Shown piece after piece: positions 9,504 to 18,562 of a DNA stretch of 64,000 nucleotides. The stretch comes from an uncultured Bacilli bacterium (GTDB taxonomy: Bacteria > Bacillota_I > Bacilli_A > RF39 > UBA660), in the NCBI GenBank assembly GCA_910585045.1, contig CAJUCD010000001.1, positions 111,573 to 175,572 of the forward strand, read 5' to 3'. Position numbers and translations under genes: made by a program. How positions within the stretch are numbered: the stretch's first letter is position 1; every line of letters starts with the position of its first letter. The notes under the pieces were generated by a model. The model saw only the letters and a program-made list of their open reading frames with translations. It was not told where the DNA came from and did not search any database.

Positions 9504-10121
9504 TTATTCTCCTTTTAAGCGGTAAATAGCTTTTAATAAATCTAAAACATTTTTATAATCTGCAATTTTAATATTACGTTCACGCATCATATTTATAAAC
9601 TTTGTAATTTCAGGTTTATTAGCGATATTTGATAAATTAAAATATTCTTCTTTTGAATAATTGTTAATAACTCCATTTTTATCAACATTAATAATTTCAT
9701 CAGCAATATCCCATAAAAAAGTTATATCATTAGTTAATATTAGAATTGTTTTATGATATTCTTGGGATAGTTTACGGAATAAACGCTTAAAATTCTCTTT
9801 TTCTTTATAATTTAAACCTTTTTCGAAATAGTCTAAAATTATATAATCTTTATTTTCGATAAGAGCTCTCGCAAGCATGATTCTTTTTATTTCTGATTCA
9901 GATAAGTCCTCTGACTTTTTAGTTAAATATGATTCATCTAAAAATACCATTTTTAAAGAAGCAAGTGATTTAGGACTATTTAAAAACGTTTCTGTAGTTC
10001 CAGGAAATCGATACTCTGTTATAATTCGATAATTATCATTATTAGTGGTTACATTAATGTTACCAGTTAAACCATATATTTTTTCCGTTGGTTTAGTATT
10101 TAATAAAATTGCTACTTCCAT
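9504..10121 (-). CDS. EcfA-like ABC ATPase homologue with degenerate catalytic motifs
   Basis: The signature LSGGQ is replaced by LSESE, Walker B by ILDYFE, and the H-loop by LTND. There is no Walker A. The C-terminal PEITKFINMMRERNI resembles the EcfA tail. The gene sits in the ecfA position upstream of truA. Confidence 0.6.
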   Translation of the reverse strand: MEVAILLNTKPTEKIYGLTGNINVTTNNDNYRIITEYRFPGTTETFLNSPKSLASLKMVFLDESYLTKKSEDLSESEIKRIMLARALIENKDYIILDYFEKGLNYKEKENFKRLFRKLSQEYHKTILILTNDITFLWDIADEIINVDKNGVINNYSKEEYFNLSNIANKPEITKFINMMRERNIKIADYKNVLDLLKAIYRLKGE

Positions 10122-10795
10122 AATTCTTCAACCAGACTTTCATTATCAAAAAATAATTTTGAGACAACATTGTAATACTTAAGACCACTAGATAACTCTA
10201 CAATAAAAGGAAGATTAAAGCCTAGTTTTTTAATGAGTGTTTCTTCTTTTAAAACAATTTTAGTTTCCCCTTCTATTACAATTTCATTGTTATAAATAAT
10301 TATTAAAAAAGGGAGTAATAATGTTTCTTCAGTTTCGCTTGTATAGTTAATAATTCTTTTATTTTGTCTTCTTAAAAATTCTATTATTTTATTTTGAAAT
10401 TCTTTTGATACATATGTAAACATATTCATAAATGCTATTATTTTTTTAGTGCTAAATATACTACTTATTATAATAATTTTATATTCATCTTCTTTGGTAA
10501 AAGTTGTTTTGCTTAATAAGTATTCACAGTCAAAAAAATTTAAAATATCTTGTGGAATGTCTCTAATGTTAAAATTACTCACTTTATATATTACAGTACA
10601 GCCTTGGTTTAAAAGCTCAATAGTATCTTTTGTATAATTATAATTAGATGGTATTAAAATAGTTGTATCTATATCAAAGATAGTTTTTCCATTTATGCTA
10701 AGTATTTTTTCCATTGTATCACCACTTATTAATAATAATAGCAGAGTTTTTGTTTTTTTGAAAGATAAAATTAGGACACTTTTTAAAGTGTCCAA
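10112..10795 (-). CDS. second EcfA-like degenerate ABC ATPase homologue
   Basis: No Walker A or signature motif, but an EcfA-type C-terminus (LGFNLPFIVELSSGLKYY). It overlaps the downstream paralogue by 10 nt. The likely start is MEKILSING at 10712. Confidence 0.5.
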   Translation of the reverse strand: MDTLKSVLILSFKKTKTLLLLLISGDTMEKILSINGKTIFDIDTTILIPSNYNYTKDTIELLNQGCTVIYKVSNFNIRDIPQDILNFFDCEYLLSKTTFTKEDEYKIIIISSIFSTKKIIAFMNMFTYVSKEFQNKIIEFLRRQNKRIINYTSETEETLLLPFLIIIYNNEIVIEGETKIVLKEETLIKKLGFNLPFIVELSSGLKYYNVVSKLFFDNESLVEELWK

Positions 10796-11287
10796 TTAGT
10801 TTACAATATAGGGATTATTTATGGTGCCATTTCCTCCTGAAATAGAAAGATTTGAAATTAAATTTATGACTGGACGTACACCAAGTATGTTACCAGTTCC
10901 ATAGAAACCGCCTATATTACCATTTGAATTTATAGCTAATATAACAGCGCTATAGTTAATTGAATCATGATACCACCAGCACGGAGACATAGTCCAGTAA
11001 TCTTGACCATTATATAAATAGTATAGAGAGTTATCGTCTGATCTTCCGCCTGCATATATTACTTCATCTAATGTTATAAATCCTATTTTCAATGTGTATA
11101 TATCATTTTCATAACAACTGAGCGTTGGTGCATTAACATTTCTTCTTTCTAATGGCGCATAATGGAATGTACTACTTGATGCACTTGACCATGTTGACCC
11201 ACTTTGAACATTTCTGTCATTACAGTATTTTCCATCTGCTATTTTTTATTCGTAATTTTTTAAATTTGTATTGAACCATTTCTCCAT
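10796..11287 (-). pseudogene. remnant of a larger surface/secreted protein gene (C-terminal GVRPVINL-type domain)
   Basis: The 98-aa track ORF extends upstream in frame (KIADGKYCNDRNVQSG...) to an in-frame TAA. That stop is preceded by a 13-codon stub, MEKWFNTNLKNYE. There is no proper N-terminus. Confidence 0.45.
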
Positions 11288-11424
11288 AAAAAAAGTAAGG
11301 TTGTAAGCTTAAAATTTGGATACATTAAGCACCTTACATATTTATTATAATACATTTTTTTCAAAAGAAAAAGACTATTAACAAAATTTTATTTTGTCAA
11401 CAGTCTGAGGTTACTAACGTAGCC

Positions 11425-11634
11425 TTATTTTTCTTGTTCTAAACCATATTTACGGTTGAATTTCTCAATTGTACCAGTTTTCTTTACTTTACCTTGAGCT
11501 CCTGTATAGAATGGATGACATTCACTACAAACTTCAACTTGAATATTTTCTTTTGTTGAACGAGTTTTAAATGATGCTCCACAAGCACATGTAATAGTAG
11601 TTTCCTTAGTTTCTGGATGTAATCCTTTTTTCAT
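11425..11634 (-). CDS. rpmE: 50S ribosomal protein L31 (Zn-ribbon type A)
   Basis: MKKGLHPE start with a GGGAGGG RBS. CxC...CxxC motif. Confidence 0.9.
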   Translation of the reverse strand: MKKGLHPETKETTITCACGASFKTRSTKENIQVEVCSECHPFYTGAQGKVKKTGTIEKFNRKYGLEQEK

Positions 11635-11736
11635 GTTTAGTCCCTCCCGCCATATCAATTTTTTTGACATAGTAATTAATTCGTCTTAAGTATTATACCA
11701 TATTTTTTGGAGTTTACAAGTGGAAACAGTAAAATA

Positions 11737-12414
11737 TTATTCATTAAGTACTGTTTTTATTTTTTGATATATATTCTTGTGTCCTTCATAATTTATGTAA
11801 TGACTTGTGGCTGTTAAAAAATATTCGTCATGATTAGATATTTCAGATATATCAATAAATTTAAATCCATTAGATAGAGATATATCTCTTATAATTGCAT
11901 TTACCTTATTTATTACAAGCTCATCTTGGTGTTTAGTTTTATATATTCCAATTACAATGACTTTATTGTGATTAAGCATTTTTATCATACTTAATAATTC
12001 CTCTAAGTCACTTTGATATTCAGTTTTTATTTGATTAGTTATTTTTTTGTTAGCTAATTCATCTAAACCAATTGCAATAGTTAGAATATCTGCTTCATTT
12101 ATTGCTCTTTGAATTTCTATATTTTCATTTTTAATAGAAATTGTTTTATTTTCTTTTATTTCATATATTAATTCTTTAATGGTTTTGTTAGCTCCTGCAA
12201 ATTCATAAATATATTTTTTTAGTTTATGGGTTTTTTTATAGTCTTCTTGTAAGTAATCATTAAAACTATAGCCTTCAATGTTGTATGGCGTCATGCCAAG
12301 TGATAATCCGTCTCCTAAACTTACAATTATTATTTCATCATTTCTAGTGTAAAAGTATATCATAATAGATAATAATGCTCCTAGGATTGTAATGATTATT
12401 ATCTTCTTTTTCAT
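11737..12414 (-). CDS. SGNH/GDSL-family hydrolase with N-terminal membrane anchor
   Basis: An N-terminal TM segment followed by a VSLGDGLSLG block (GDS motif). Confidence 0.65.
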   Translation of the reverse strand: MKKKIIIITILGALLSIMIYFYTRNDEIIIVSLGDGLSLGMTPYNIEGYSFNDYLQEDYKKTHKLKKYIYEFAGANKTIKELIYEIKENKTISIKNENIEIQRAINEADILTIAIGLDELANKKITNQIKTEYQSDLEELLSMIKMLNHNKVIVIGIYKTKHQDELVINKVNAIIRDISLSNGFKFIDISEISNHDEYFLTATSHYINYEGHKNIYQKIKTVLNE

Positions 12415-12447
12415 ATTGGCACCTCAAAAAAAATATAGTTTGTTATA

Positions 12448-13701
12448 CTATATTTCTTTTAATTCAATTTTAGCACCAACATTAGTTAATTTTTCAGTTA
12501 TATTTTCATATCCTCTTAAAATATGTTCAACATCTGTAATAGTAGTTATTCCTTCAGCAATTAAACCAGCGATAACCAAAGCTGCTCCACCTCTTAAGTC
12601 TGTAGCAATAACATCGCAACCTTTTAATTTAGTTGGTCCTTTAATTATAGCACTCATACCATTCACTTGAATATTAGCTCCCATTTTATTTAATGAAGGA
12701 ACATGACCCATTCTGTTTTCCCAGATAGTTTCCTCAAATAAAGAAGTTCCTGTACTTTGAGTTAATAATACACTCATGGGTTGTCCTATATCAGTTGGAA
12801 TGCCAGGATAAACAAGCGTTTTAATATTTATAGCTTTTAATTCACTTACTTTACTAATAGAGATGGAGTCTTTATTAATAATTAAATTAGAGCCCATTTC
12901 TTTTAGCTTAGTTGTTAAAGATTCTAAATGTTCAGGAATAATATTTTTTATGGTTAAATTAGTGCCACATAAGGCACCCAAGATTAAATATGTTCCTGCC
13001 TCAATGCGATCTGGTAATACCGAAATTTCAGCGCCGTGTAATGTCTCTACACCAATTATAGTTATTTCATCTGTTCCAGCGCCAGTTATTTTAGCCCCCA
13101 TATTATTTAAGAAATTAGCTATATTATTTATTTCGGCCTCTTTGGCAGCATTATGAATAATAGTTTTACCTTCTGCTAAAACACTAGCTAGCATTATATT
13201 TATAGTAGCTCCAACACTTTGAAAACGAAGATAAATATCTGTTCCAACTAATTTATCAGCAGATAAAATATATTTATCGCCTTCTATTTCTACTTTGACA
13301 CCAAGTGCTTTAAAACCATCTATATGCATATCAATAGGTCTAGAACCTATATTGCATCCTCCAGGAATATATATTTCGACATTTTTTTGACGACCTAATA
13401 GAGCTCCCATAAAATAATATGAAGCCCGAAGACGACTTGAGTAGCTATTATCAATTACCTTATTATTTAAGTTGGTACTATCAATTGTTAGTTCATTATC
13501 TTTAATTTTTACGTTACAATTTAATAATTCTAAAATATCTATTAAAGCATCTCGATCTGAGATATTTGGTACATTTTTAATTGTAGATTCGCCTGATGCT
13601 AGTATTGCTGCTGGAATTAAAGCTACAGCACTATTTTTGGCTCCTCCAATTTCAATATTTCCAGAAAGTATATTATTTCCTTCAATTATCATTTGTTTCA
13701 T
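12448..13701 (-). CDS. murA: UDP-N-acetylglucosamine 1-carboxyvinyltransferase
   Basis: GGAKNSAV, active-site GGCNIGSRPID, 417 aa. Confidence 0.95.
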   Translation of the reverse strand: MKQMIIEGNNILSGNIEIGGAKNSAVALIPAAILASGESTIKNVPNISDRDALIDILELLNCNVKIKDNELTIDSTNLNNKVIDNSYSSRLRASYYFMGALLGRQKNVEIYIPGGCNIGSRPIDMHIDGFKALGVKVEIEGDKYILSADKLVGTDIYLRFQSVGATINIMLASVLAEGKTIIHNAAKEAEINNIANFLNNMGAKITGAGTDEITIIGVETLHGAEISVLPDRIEAGTYLILGALCGTNLTIKNIIPEHLESLTTKLKEMGSNLIINKDSISISKVSELKAINIKTLVYPGIPTDIGQPMSVLLTQSTGTSLFEETIWENRMGHVPSLNKMGANIQVNGMSAIIKGPTKLKGCDVIATDLRGGAALVIAGLIAEGITTITDVEHILRGYENITEKLTNVGAKIELKEI

Positions 13702-13906
13702 TTTAACACACCCTTACTCCTAAGAAAAGTTTAGTATAAGTTAGGCACTTATACTATCTTTTATGATTTTTATTTTTTTTGGTGCTAATTAATTTTTAAT
13801 AAATTACCAAATATACTATATCTTATAAAATCATATTTTGTCAATCATTTTAGAAAGTTACAGAATAATTGAATAAAATTATTACTTATTCACTTAATTA
13901 AGTTAG

Positions 13907-14416
13907 GTGATTATTTTGAAAAAAGGTATTATATTTTTGTTTATTATAAGTTTAATTTTATTATTTAGTAGTAAAGAAAAAGACATCCTTATTCCGGGTA
14001 ATGCTATTAGGTTTAGAGTAATTGCTAATAGTAATTCACTTGAGGACCAAAATAAAAAGAAAATTATTAAATCAGAAATAGAACAAGAGGTTTATAAGCT
14101 CATTAGTAATAGTGATAAGAGTGAAATTAAAGATATTATAAATGATAATATGGAAAAGATTGATGAAATTGTTAAAAGTTTTAATGTGCCTTATCAAATT
14201 AACTATGGATTAAATTATTTTCCTAGTAAAAACTATAAAGGAGTTTTATATCAAGCTGGAAATTATGAATCTTTAGTTATTACTTTAGGTGAAGGATTAG
14301 GGGCTAATTTTTGGTGTGTTTTATTTCCGCCTTTATGTTTGCTTGATAATGAAACTGAAGATGTAAGTGAAGTAGAATATAAATTTTATGTAAAAAAAAT
14401 ATTAGATGAGTTCTAA
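13907..14416 (+). CDS. spoIIR: stage II sporulation protein R
   Basis: IRFRVIANSNSLEDQNKK and the C-terminal NFWCVLFPPLCL are typical of SpoIIR. The TTG at 13916, downstream of AGGTGA, is the probable start. Confidence 0.85.
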   Translation: MIILKKGIIFLFIISLILLFSSKEKDILIPGNAIRFRVIANSNSLEDQNKKKIIKSEIEQEVYKLISNSDKSEIKDIINDNMEKIDEIVKSFNVPYQINYGLNYFPSKNYKGVLYQAGNYESLVITLGEGLGANFWCVLFPPLCLLDNETEDVSEVEYKFYVKKILDEF

Positions 14417-14457
14417 GTTAAGAGCCTCTTAAATAAATTTTTTTAGGAGGCTTTTTT

Positions 14458-14991
14458 ATGAAGGAGATATTTAGTATTTTTTTAATTGGAATTGCACTTA
14501 GTATGGATACATTTTCTTTATCTTTAACAATAGGCATGTTTGATACTTCTAATAGAAAAGCTTTAAAGCTTGCTTTAATAGTCGGTATTATGCACTTTGT
14601 AATGCCTTTTATAGGTATGATACTTGGGGATGAGTTGATTCATTTATTAGGGCTTAAATGTGATATTTTATTGGGATTTATTTTATTATTTATTGCTATT
14701 CAAATAATAATTGATATTATAAAAAAGAAAGAAGAACAATTTAATTTAAATTTATTAGGGATGATTTTTTTTGCTATAGGAGTTAGTTTAGATAGTTTTT
14801 CTGTAGGATTAGGTTTGCGAGCTATTACTAGTAATATTTATATAGCAATGGTTATATTTGCAGGATGTAGTTTTTTATTTACTTTTACTGGTGTTATTGT
14901 GGGAAGATATGCTAATAAAATACTTGGAATGTATGCTAATATTGTAGGAGCACTTATTTTAATAATTTTGGGTTTAATGCATTTATTATAA
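14458..14991 (+). CDS. mntP: manganese efflux pump MntP (DUF204 repeat)
   Basis: Duplicated SMDTFSLSL / SLDSFSVGLGL motifs and about six TM segments. Confidence 0.8.
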   Translation: MKEIFSIFLIGIALSMDTFSLSLTIGMFDTSNRKALKLALIVGIMHFVMPFIGMILGDELIHLLGLKCDILLGFILLFIAIQIIIDIIKKKEEQFNLNLLGMIFFAIGVSLDSFSVGLGLRAITSNIYIAMVIFAGCSFLFTFTGVIVGRYANKILGMYANIVGALILIILGLMHLL

Positions 14992-15019
14992 AAAAAACTA
15001 TCAAAATTGATAGTTTAAA
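14992..15019. terminator. bidirectional terminator between mntP and a convergent ORF
   Basis: Stem AAACTATCA / TGATAGTTT with a 4-nt loop, flanked by an A-run and a T-run. Confidence 0.5.
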
Positions 15020-15419
15020 GTTTTGGAACTTCTGATAATAAAGCAGCTTTTTCTTTTTCAATTGTTTCACTAGCTGATTCTAAAGTATAATTAGAATTTA
15101 GTGCACATAATAGTTCGGTGCCTCTAGTGGAAAGCAATGAAACATTTCTTATTACATGTCCTCGTATATGTTCTGGTAAATCATTTATTATGCTTACTAT
15201 TGAATCCATTGATACATATGGTACAGGCGTATCACAAATTACCATTGATGGTTTTTCAAGAGCAGATACTATAGTAAAACTTATAGGTAAACATATCAAA
15301 GATTTTTGATCTTTTAATAATTGTTCAAAAATTCCTCTGTTACATTCTGGAACTATTTTCTCACTTTGTTTTCTTAGTTCATTTATTAATTCTTCCATAG
15401 AAAAATTCTCCCCTTTCAA
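15015..15419 (-). CDS. hypothetical cytoplasmic protein
   Basis: 134-aa ORF with no motif I recognise. Confidence 0.45.
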   Translation of the reverse strand: MKGENFSMEELINELRKQSEKIVPECNRGIFEQLLKDQKSLICLPISFTIVSALEKPSMVICDTPVPYVSMDSIVSIINDLPEHIRGHVIRNVSLLSTRGTELLCALNSNYTLESASETIEKEKAALLSEVPKL

Positions 15420-15473
15420 ATGCTGTTTATATTAACATATTTGTTGGGGATTGTCAAATAGAATTGAAGGCTA

Positions 15474-17012
15474 TTATTTGCTTTCAATTCGTGTAAATAA
15501 GATTTCTGGTTTATTTAAAATATTATTTGTTTGTAAAGCTCCAAATTTAGTAATACTATTATAATCTGTGATAGTTGTATTTAGTTGCTTAAAAATGTTT
15601 TCACATGTTGTAGGGATAAAAGGACTTAGTAATATAGTACAGATTCTAATTGATTCTAATAAATTATATAGTACTGTAGCAAGGCGCTCTTTTTTTGATT
15701 TATCTTTAGCTAAAGACCAAGGTGTAGTTTCATCAATATATTTATTGCACTTTCTTAATACTTCCATTATTTCTTCAATAGCTTCGCCTACTTTTAATTC
15801 ATTCATTTTTTCATCAACAATATCTTTAAGGGCTAAAACACTACTTTTTAAATCATTATCTATGTTATCAGAAATATTAGGATTTAAAACTATACCATCA
15901 AAGTACTTGTGAGACATACTTATGGTTCTATTAACTAAATTACCTAAATTATTAGCTAAATCTGAGTTAGTACGGGAAATTAAGGCTTCTTCTGAAAAAT
16001 TACCATCACTACCAAATGGAACTTCTCTTAAAGCGTAATAGCGGACAGCATCTACACCATATGAATTGATGTATTCACGAGGGTCTTTATAATTCCCTAA
16101 ACTTTTAGATATTTTACCACCATCTATTTTTAGCCAACCATGACCAAAAACTTGCTTTGGAAGTGGTAAATTTAAGGCCATTAATAAACAAGGCCATATA
16201 ATAACATGAAAACGTACTATTTCCTTTCCTACCAAATGAAGGTCGGCAGGCCAAAACTTCTGATATAAAGAATTTTCACAATTTGGATAGCCAAGAGAAG
16301 TAATGTAGTTAGATAAGGCATCTACCCATACATATACTACATGATTAGTATCAAAATCTACAGGAACTCCCCATTTAAATGAAGTTCTAGACACACATAA
16401 GTCTTCTAATCCAGGATTTATAAAATTATTTAGCATTTCATTTTTACGAGATAAAGGCAAAATGAAATTAGGATTTTTTTCATAAAACTCTACTAATCTT
16501 TTTTGATATTTTGAAAGTTTAAAGAAATATGCTTCTTCGCTTACTTCTTTAACTGGGCGACCACAATCAGGACAGTTTCCTTCAATTAGTTGACTTTCAG
16601 TCCAGAATGATTCACATGGTATACAGTATAAACCTTTGTATTCTCCTTTATATATATCACCTTGGTCATATAATTGTTTAAATATCTTTTGAACAGCTTC
16701 TTCATGGTTTTTGTCAGTAGTTCTGATAAAGTAGTCATATGAAATGTTAAGAGAAGACCATAAATCTTTGGCATTTTCAATTATTTTATCTACATATTCT
16801 TTCGGAGTTACTCCTTTTTCAGCAGCTTTTTTCTCTATTTTTTCGCCATGTTCATCTGAACCAGTTTGAAAAAAAACCTCATAGCCAGTTAACCTTTTAT
16901 ATCTGGATATAGCATCAGCGATAATAGTTGTATAGCAATGTCCTATGTGAAATTCAGCACTAGGATAATATATAGGTGTTGTAATATAATATTTTTTGTT
17001 CATTTTATTCAC
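15474..17012 (-). CDS. metG: methionine--tRNA ligase (short form, no C-terminal tRNA-binding domain)
   Basis: HIGH motif (FHIGH), KISKS, and Zn knuckle CPDCG. Confidence 0.95.
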   Translation of the reverse strand: MNKMNKKYYITTPIYYPSAEFHIGHCYTTIIADAISRYKRLTGYEVFFQTGSDEHGEKIEKKAAEKGVTPKEYVDKIIENAKDLWSSLNISYDYFIRTTDKNHEEAVQKIFKQLYDQGDIYKGEYKGLYCIPCESFWTESQLIEGNCPDCGRPVKEVSEEAYFFKLSKYQKRLVEFYEKNPNFILPLSRKNEMLNNFINPGLEDLCVSRTSFKWGVPVDFDTNHVVYVWVDALSNYITSLGYPNCENSLYQKFWPADLHLVGKEIVRFHVIIWPCLLMALNLPLPKQVFGHGWLKIDGGKISKSLGNYKDPREYINSYGVDAVRYYALREVPFGSDGNFSEEALISRTNSDLANNLGNLVNRTISMSHKYFDGIVLNPNISDNIDNDLKSSVLALKDIVDEKMNELKVGEAIEEIMEVLRKCNKYIDETTPWSLAKDKSKKERLATVLYNLLESIRICTILLSPFIPTTCENIFKQLNTTITDYNSITKFGALQTNNILNKPEILFTRIESK

Positions 17013-17021
17013 TCTTTTCTT

Positions 17022-17639
17022 CTATAATATATTTTTTAATTCACTTAAATCTTTAATGGTTGTAACACTTTTAGTTGTATCTGAGCTTGTTAAATATATG
17101 GCCTCTAAGCCAGCGTTTATAGCTCCTTCGATATCTATTTTATAATTATCTCCAATCATTAAACACTCTGATGGCAAATGATTACCAATTGCTTGCATAA
17201 AACTTTCTCGAGATGGTTTAATAAAATCATCACCACCATAAATTTCCTTAAAATAGTGGTACATTCGGGCAGTTTTTAGTCTTTCTGTTTGGGAATCTTT
17301 AAACCAATTAGTTAAAATAACTAGTTCATATTTCTTGCTTAAATATGATAACGTATCATTAATATCACTATTTTCTTCACTCATATTTCCTAAATATTTT
17401 AGCCATGTATTAAGATATTCTGTAGGTAAATCAATGTTCATAGATTTTTTGGCATGTTCTTGAAAATTAGCAATTGTATATTTATTGTAATGATTTTCAT
17501 ATGTTTCGCATAAACTATCAATTTTAATAGGGGAATAAGGAAGGTTATACTCTTTAGTAGCCTTTTTTATAGCAGCAGTATATTCTGGTTTCCATGGTAT
17601 TAATGTATCATCTAAATCAAATATTATTCTTTTTATCAT
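17022..17639 (-). CDS. HAD-superfamily hydrolase
   Basis: Motif I FDLDDTL and motif IV MIGDNYKIDIEGA. Confidence 0.8.
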   Translation of the reverse strand: MIKRIIFDLDDTLIPWKPEYTAAIKKATKEYNLPYSPIKIDSLCETYENHYNKYTIANFQEHAKKSMNIDLPTEYLNTWLKYLGNMSEENSDINDTLSYLSKKYELVILTNWFKDSQTERLKTARMYHYFKEIYGGDDFIKPSRESFMQAIGNHLPSECLMIGDNYKIDIEGAINAGLEAIYLTSSDTTKSVTTIKDLSELKNIL

Positions 17640-17654
17640 ATTTATTTCTCCTTT

Positions 17655-17855
17655 AAAAACAAATAAAAACCATAAACTAAGGACGCTGTTATAAGCGCGG
17701 TACCACCTTAATTCATGATTTTTTCATGCACTTTAAGCTCTTAACGCGAGTTAAACGTTTAAACTCCAGAGTCATCTTCCATATCTTTTTATATTCGTTT
17801 GCATCAAACCACGAACTTTCTTAAATAAATTGATATGTACTCATTCCTTCAACAT
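17655..17855 (-). promoter_or_regulatory. T-box riboswitch leader, Met specifier (AUG)
   Basis: On the minus strand, the T-box sequence AAGGTGGTACCGCG, the specifier-loop context GGAAGAUGACUCUGGAG, and a terminator helix followed by a U-run. It lies upstream of the HAD-metG operon. Confidence 0.85.
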
Positions 17856-17913
17856 TTAATTTCTTTTATTATATTATATTTTTGAATAAAGTGCAAGTTG
17901 CAAATTTTTAACA

Positions 17914-18435
17914 CTATATATCTAATTTTTTAGCAAAGATACTTGCTACTAGTTTACCAACAGTTAATTCATTTGTTAATTCTTTTTCATTATATAATAT
18001 AACTAAGCCAATACTGTCATTAAGAGATATGACTGGAATATAAATAAAATTTCCTAATAGTTCAATATTTTCTAATTTAAAAAGATAATTTTCACGGCTA
18101 ACTGTTTCACGACCTTCAATAATATTTAAGTAATCACTTGTAATTGCTTTATTAATTATACTTTTGTCAATTCCACTGCAAGCAATTATTTTTTCTCGGT
18201 CTGTTATCATTGTTTTATAATTAAAATCATTGTATATTAATTCACATAAAGAGGCAGCTAAATCACTAGTATTATTAAGACGAAAATGTTTTTTTAAAAT
18301 AATACTATCACTTTCGGTAAATATTTCTACATTTTCGCCATCACGTATTCCTAAATTTCTTCTTATTTCTTTAGGAATTACAATTCTACCTAGCTCATCA
18401 ATTCTTCTTACAACTCCAGTTGATTTCAACTTCAA
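17914..18435 (-). CDS. spoVT: stage V sporulation transcription regulator SpoVT (AbrB N-domain plus GAF-like C-domain)
   Basis: TGVVRRIDELGRIVIPKEIRRNLGIRDGE, 173 aa, and the mfd-spoVT synteny seen in Bacillus. Confidence 0.85.
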   Translation of the reverse strand: MKLKSTGVVRRIDELGRIVIPKEIRRNLGIRDGENVEIFTESDSIILKKHFRLNNTSDLAASLCELIYNDFNYKTMITDREKIIACSGIDKSIINKAITSDYLNIIEGRETVSRENYLFKLENIELLGNFIYIPVISLNDSIGLVILYNEKELTNELTVGKLVASIFAKKLDI

Positions 18436-18494
18436 TACAACTCCATTTCTAATATTAATATTTGCTAATTATGAAATTTTATACTATATAAAAA

Positions 18495-18531
18495 AAGACT
18501 ATTATTTTTTTTTAATTTGTAAAATAGTCTT
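18495..18531 (-). terminator. terminator after mfd
   Basis: Stem AAGACTATT / AATAGTCTT with T-runs on both strands. Confidence 0.55.
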
Positions 18532-18534
18532 TTT

Positions 18535-18550
18535 TATTTCCCGGGAAATA
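18535..18550. other. Noc-binding site (NBS) palindrome TATTTCCCGGGAAATA
   Basis: Perfect 16-bp match to the B. subtilis NBS. Intergenic, between mfd and spoVT. Confidence 0.75.
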
Positions 18551-18562
18551 ATTGTTAGTAAG

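Noticed and set aside
16586-16780. Track ORF of 64 aa inside metG, on the same strand but in a different frame.
   Set aside because: It is fully nested in a highly conserved gene, so it is a frame artefact.
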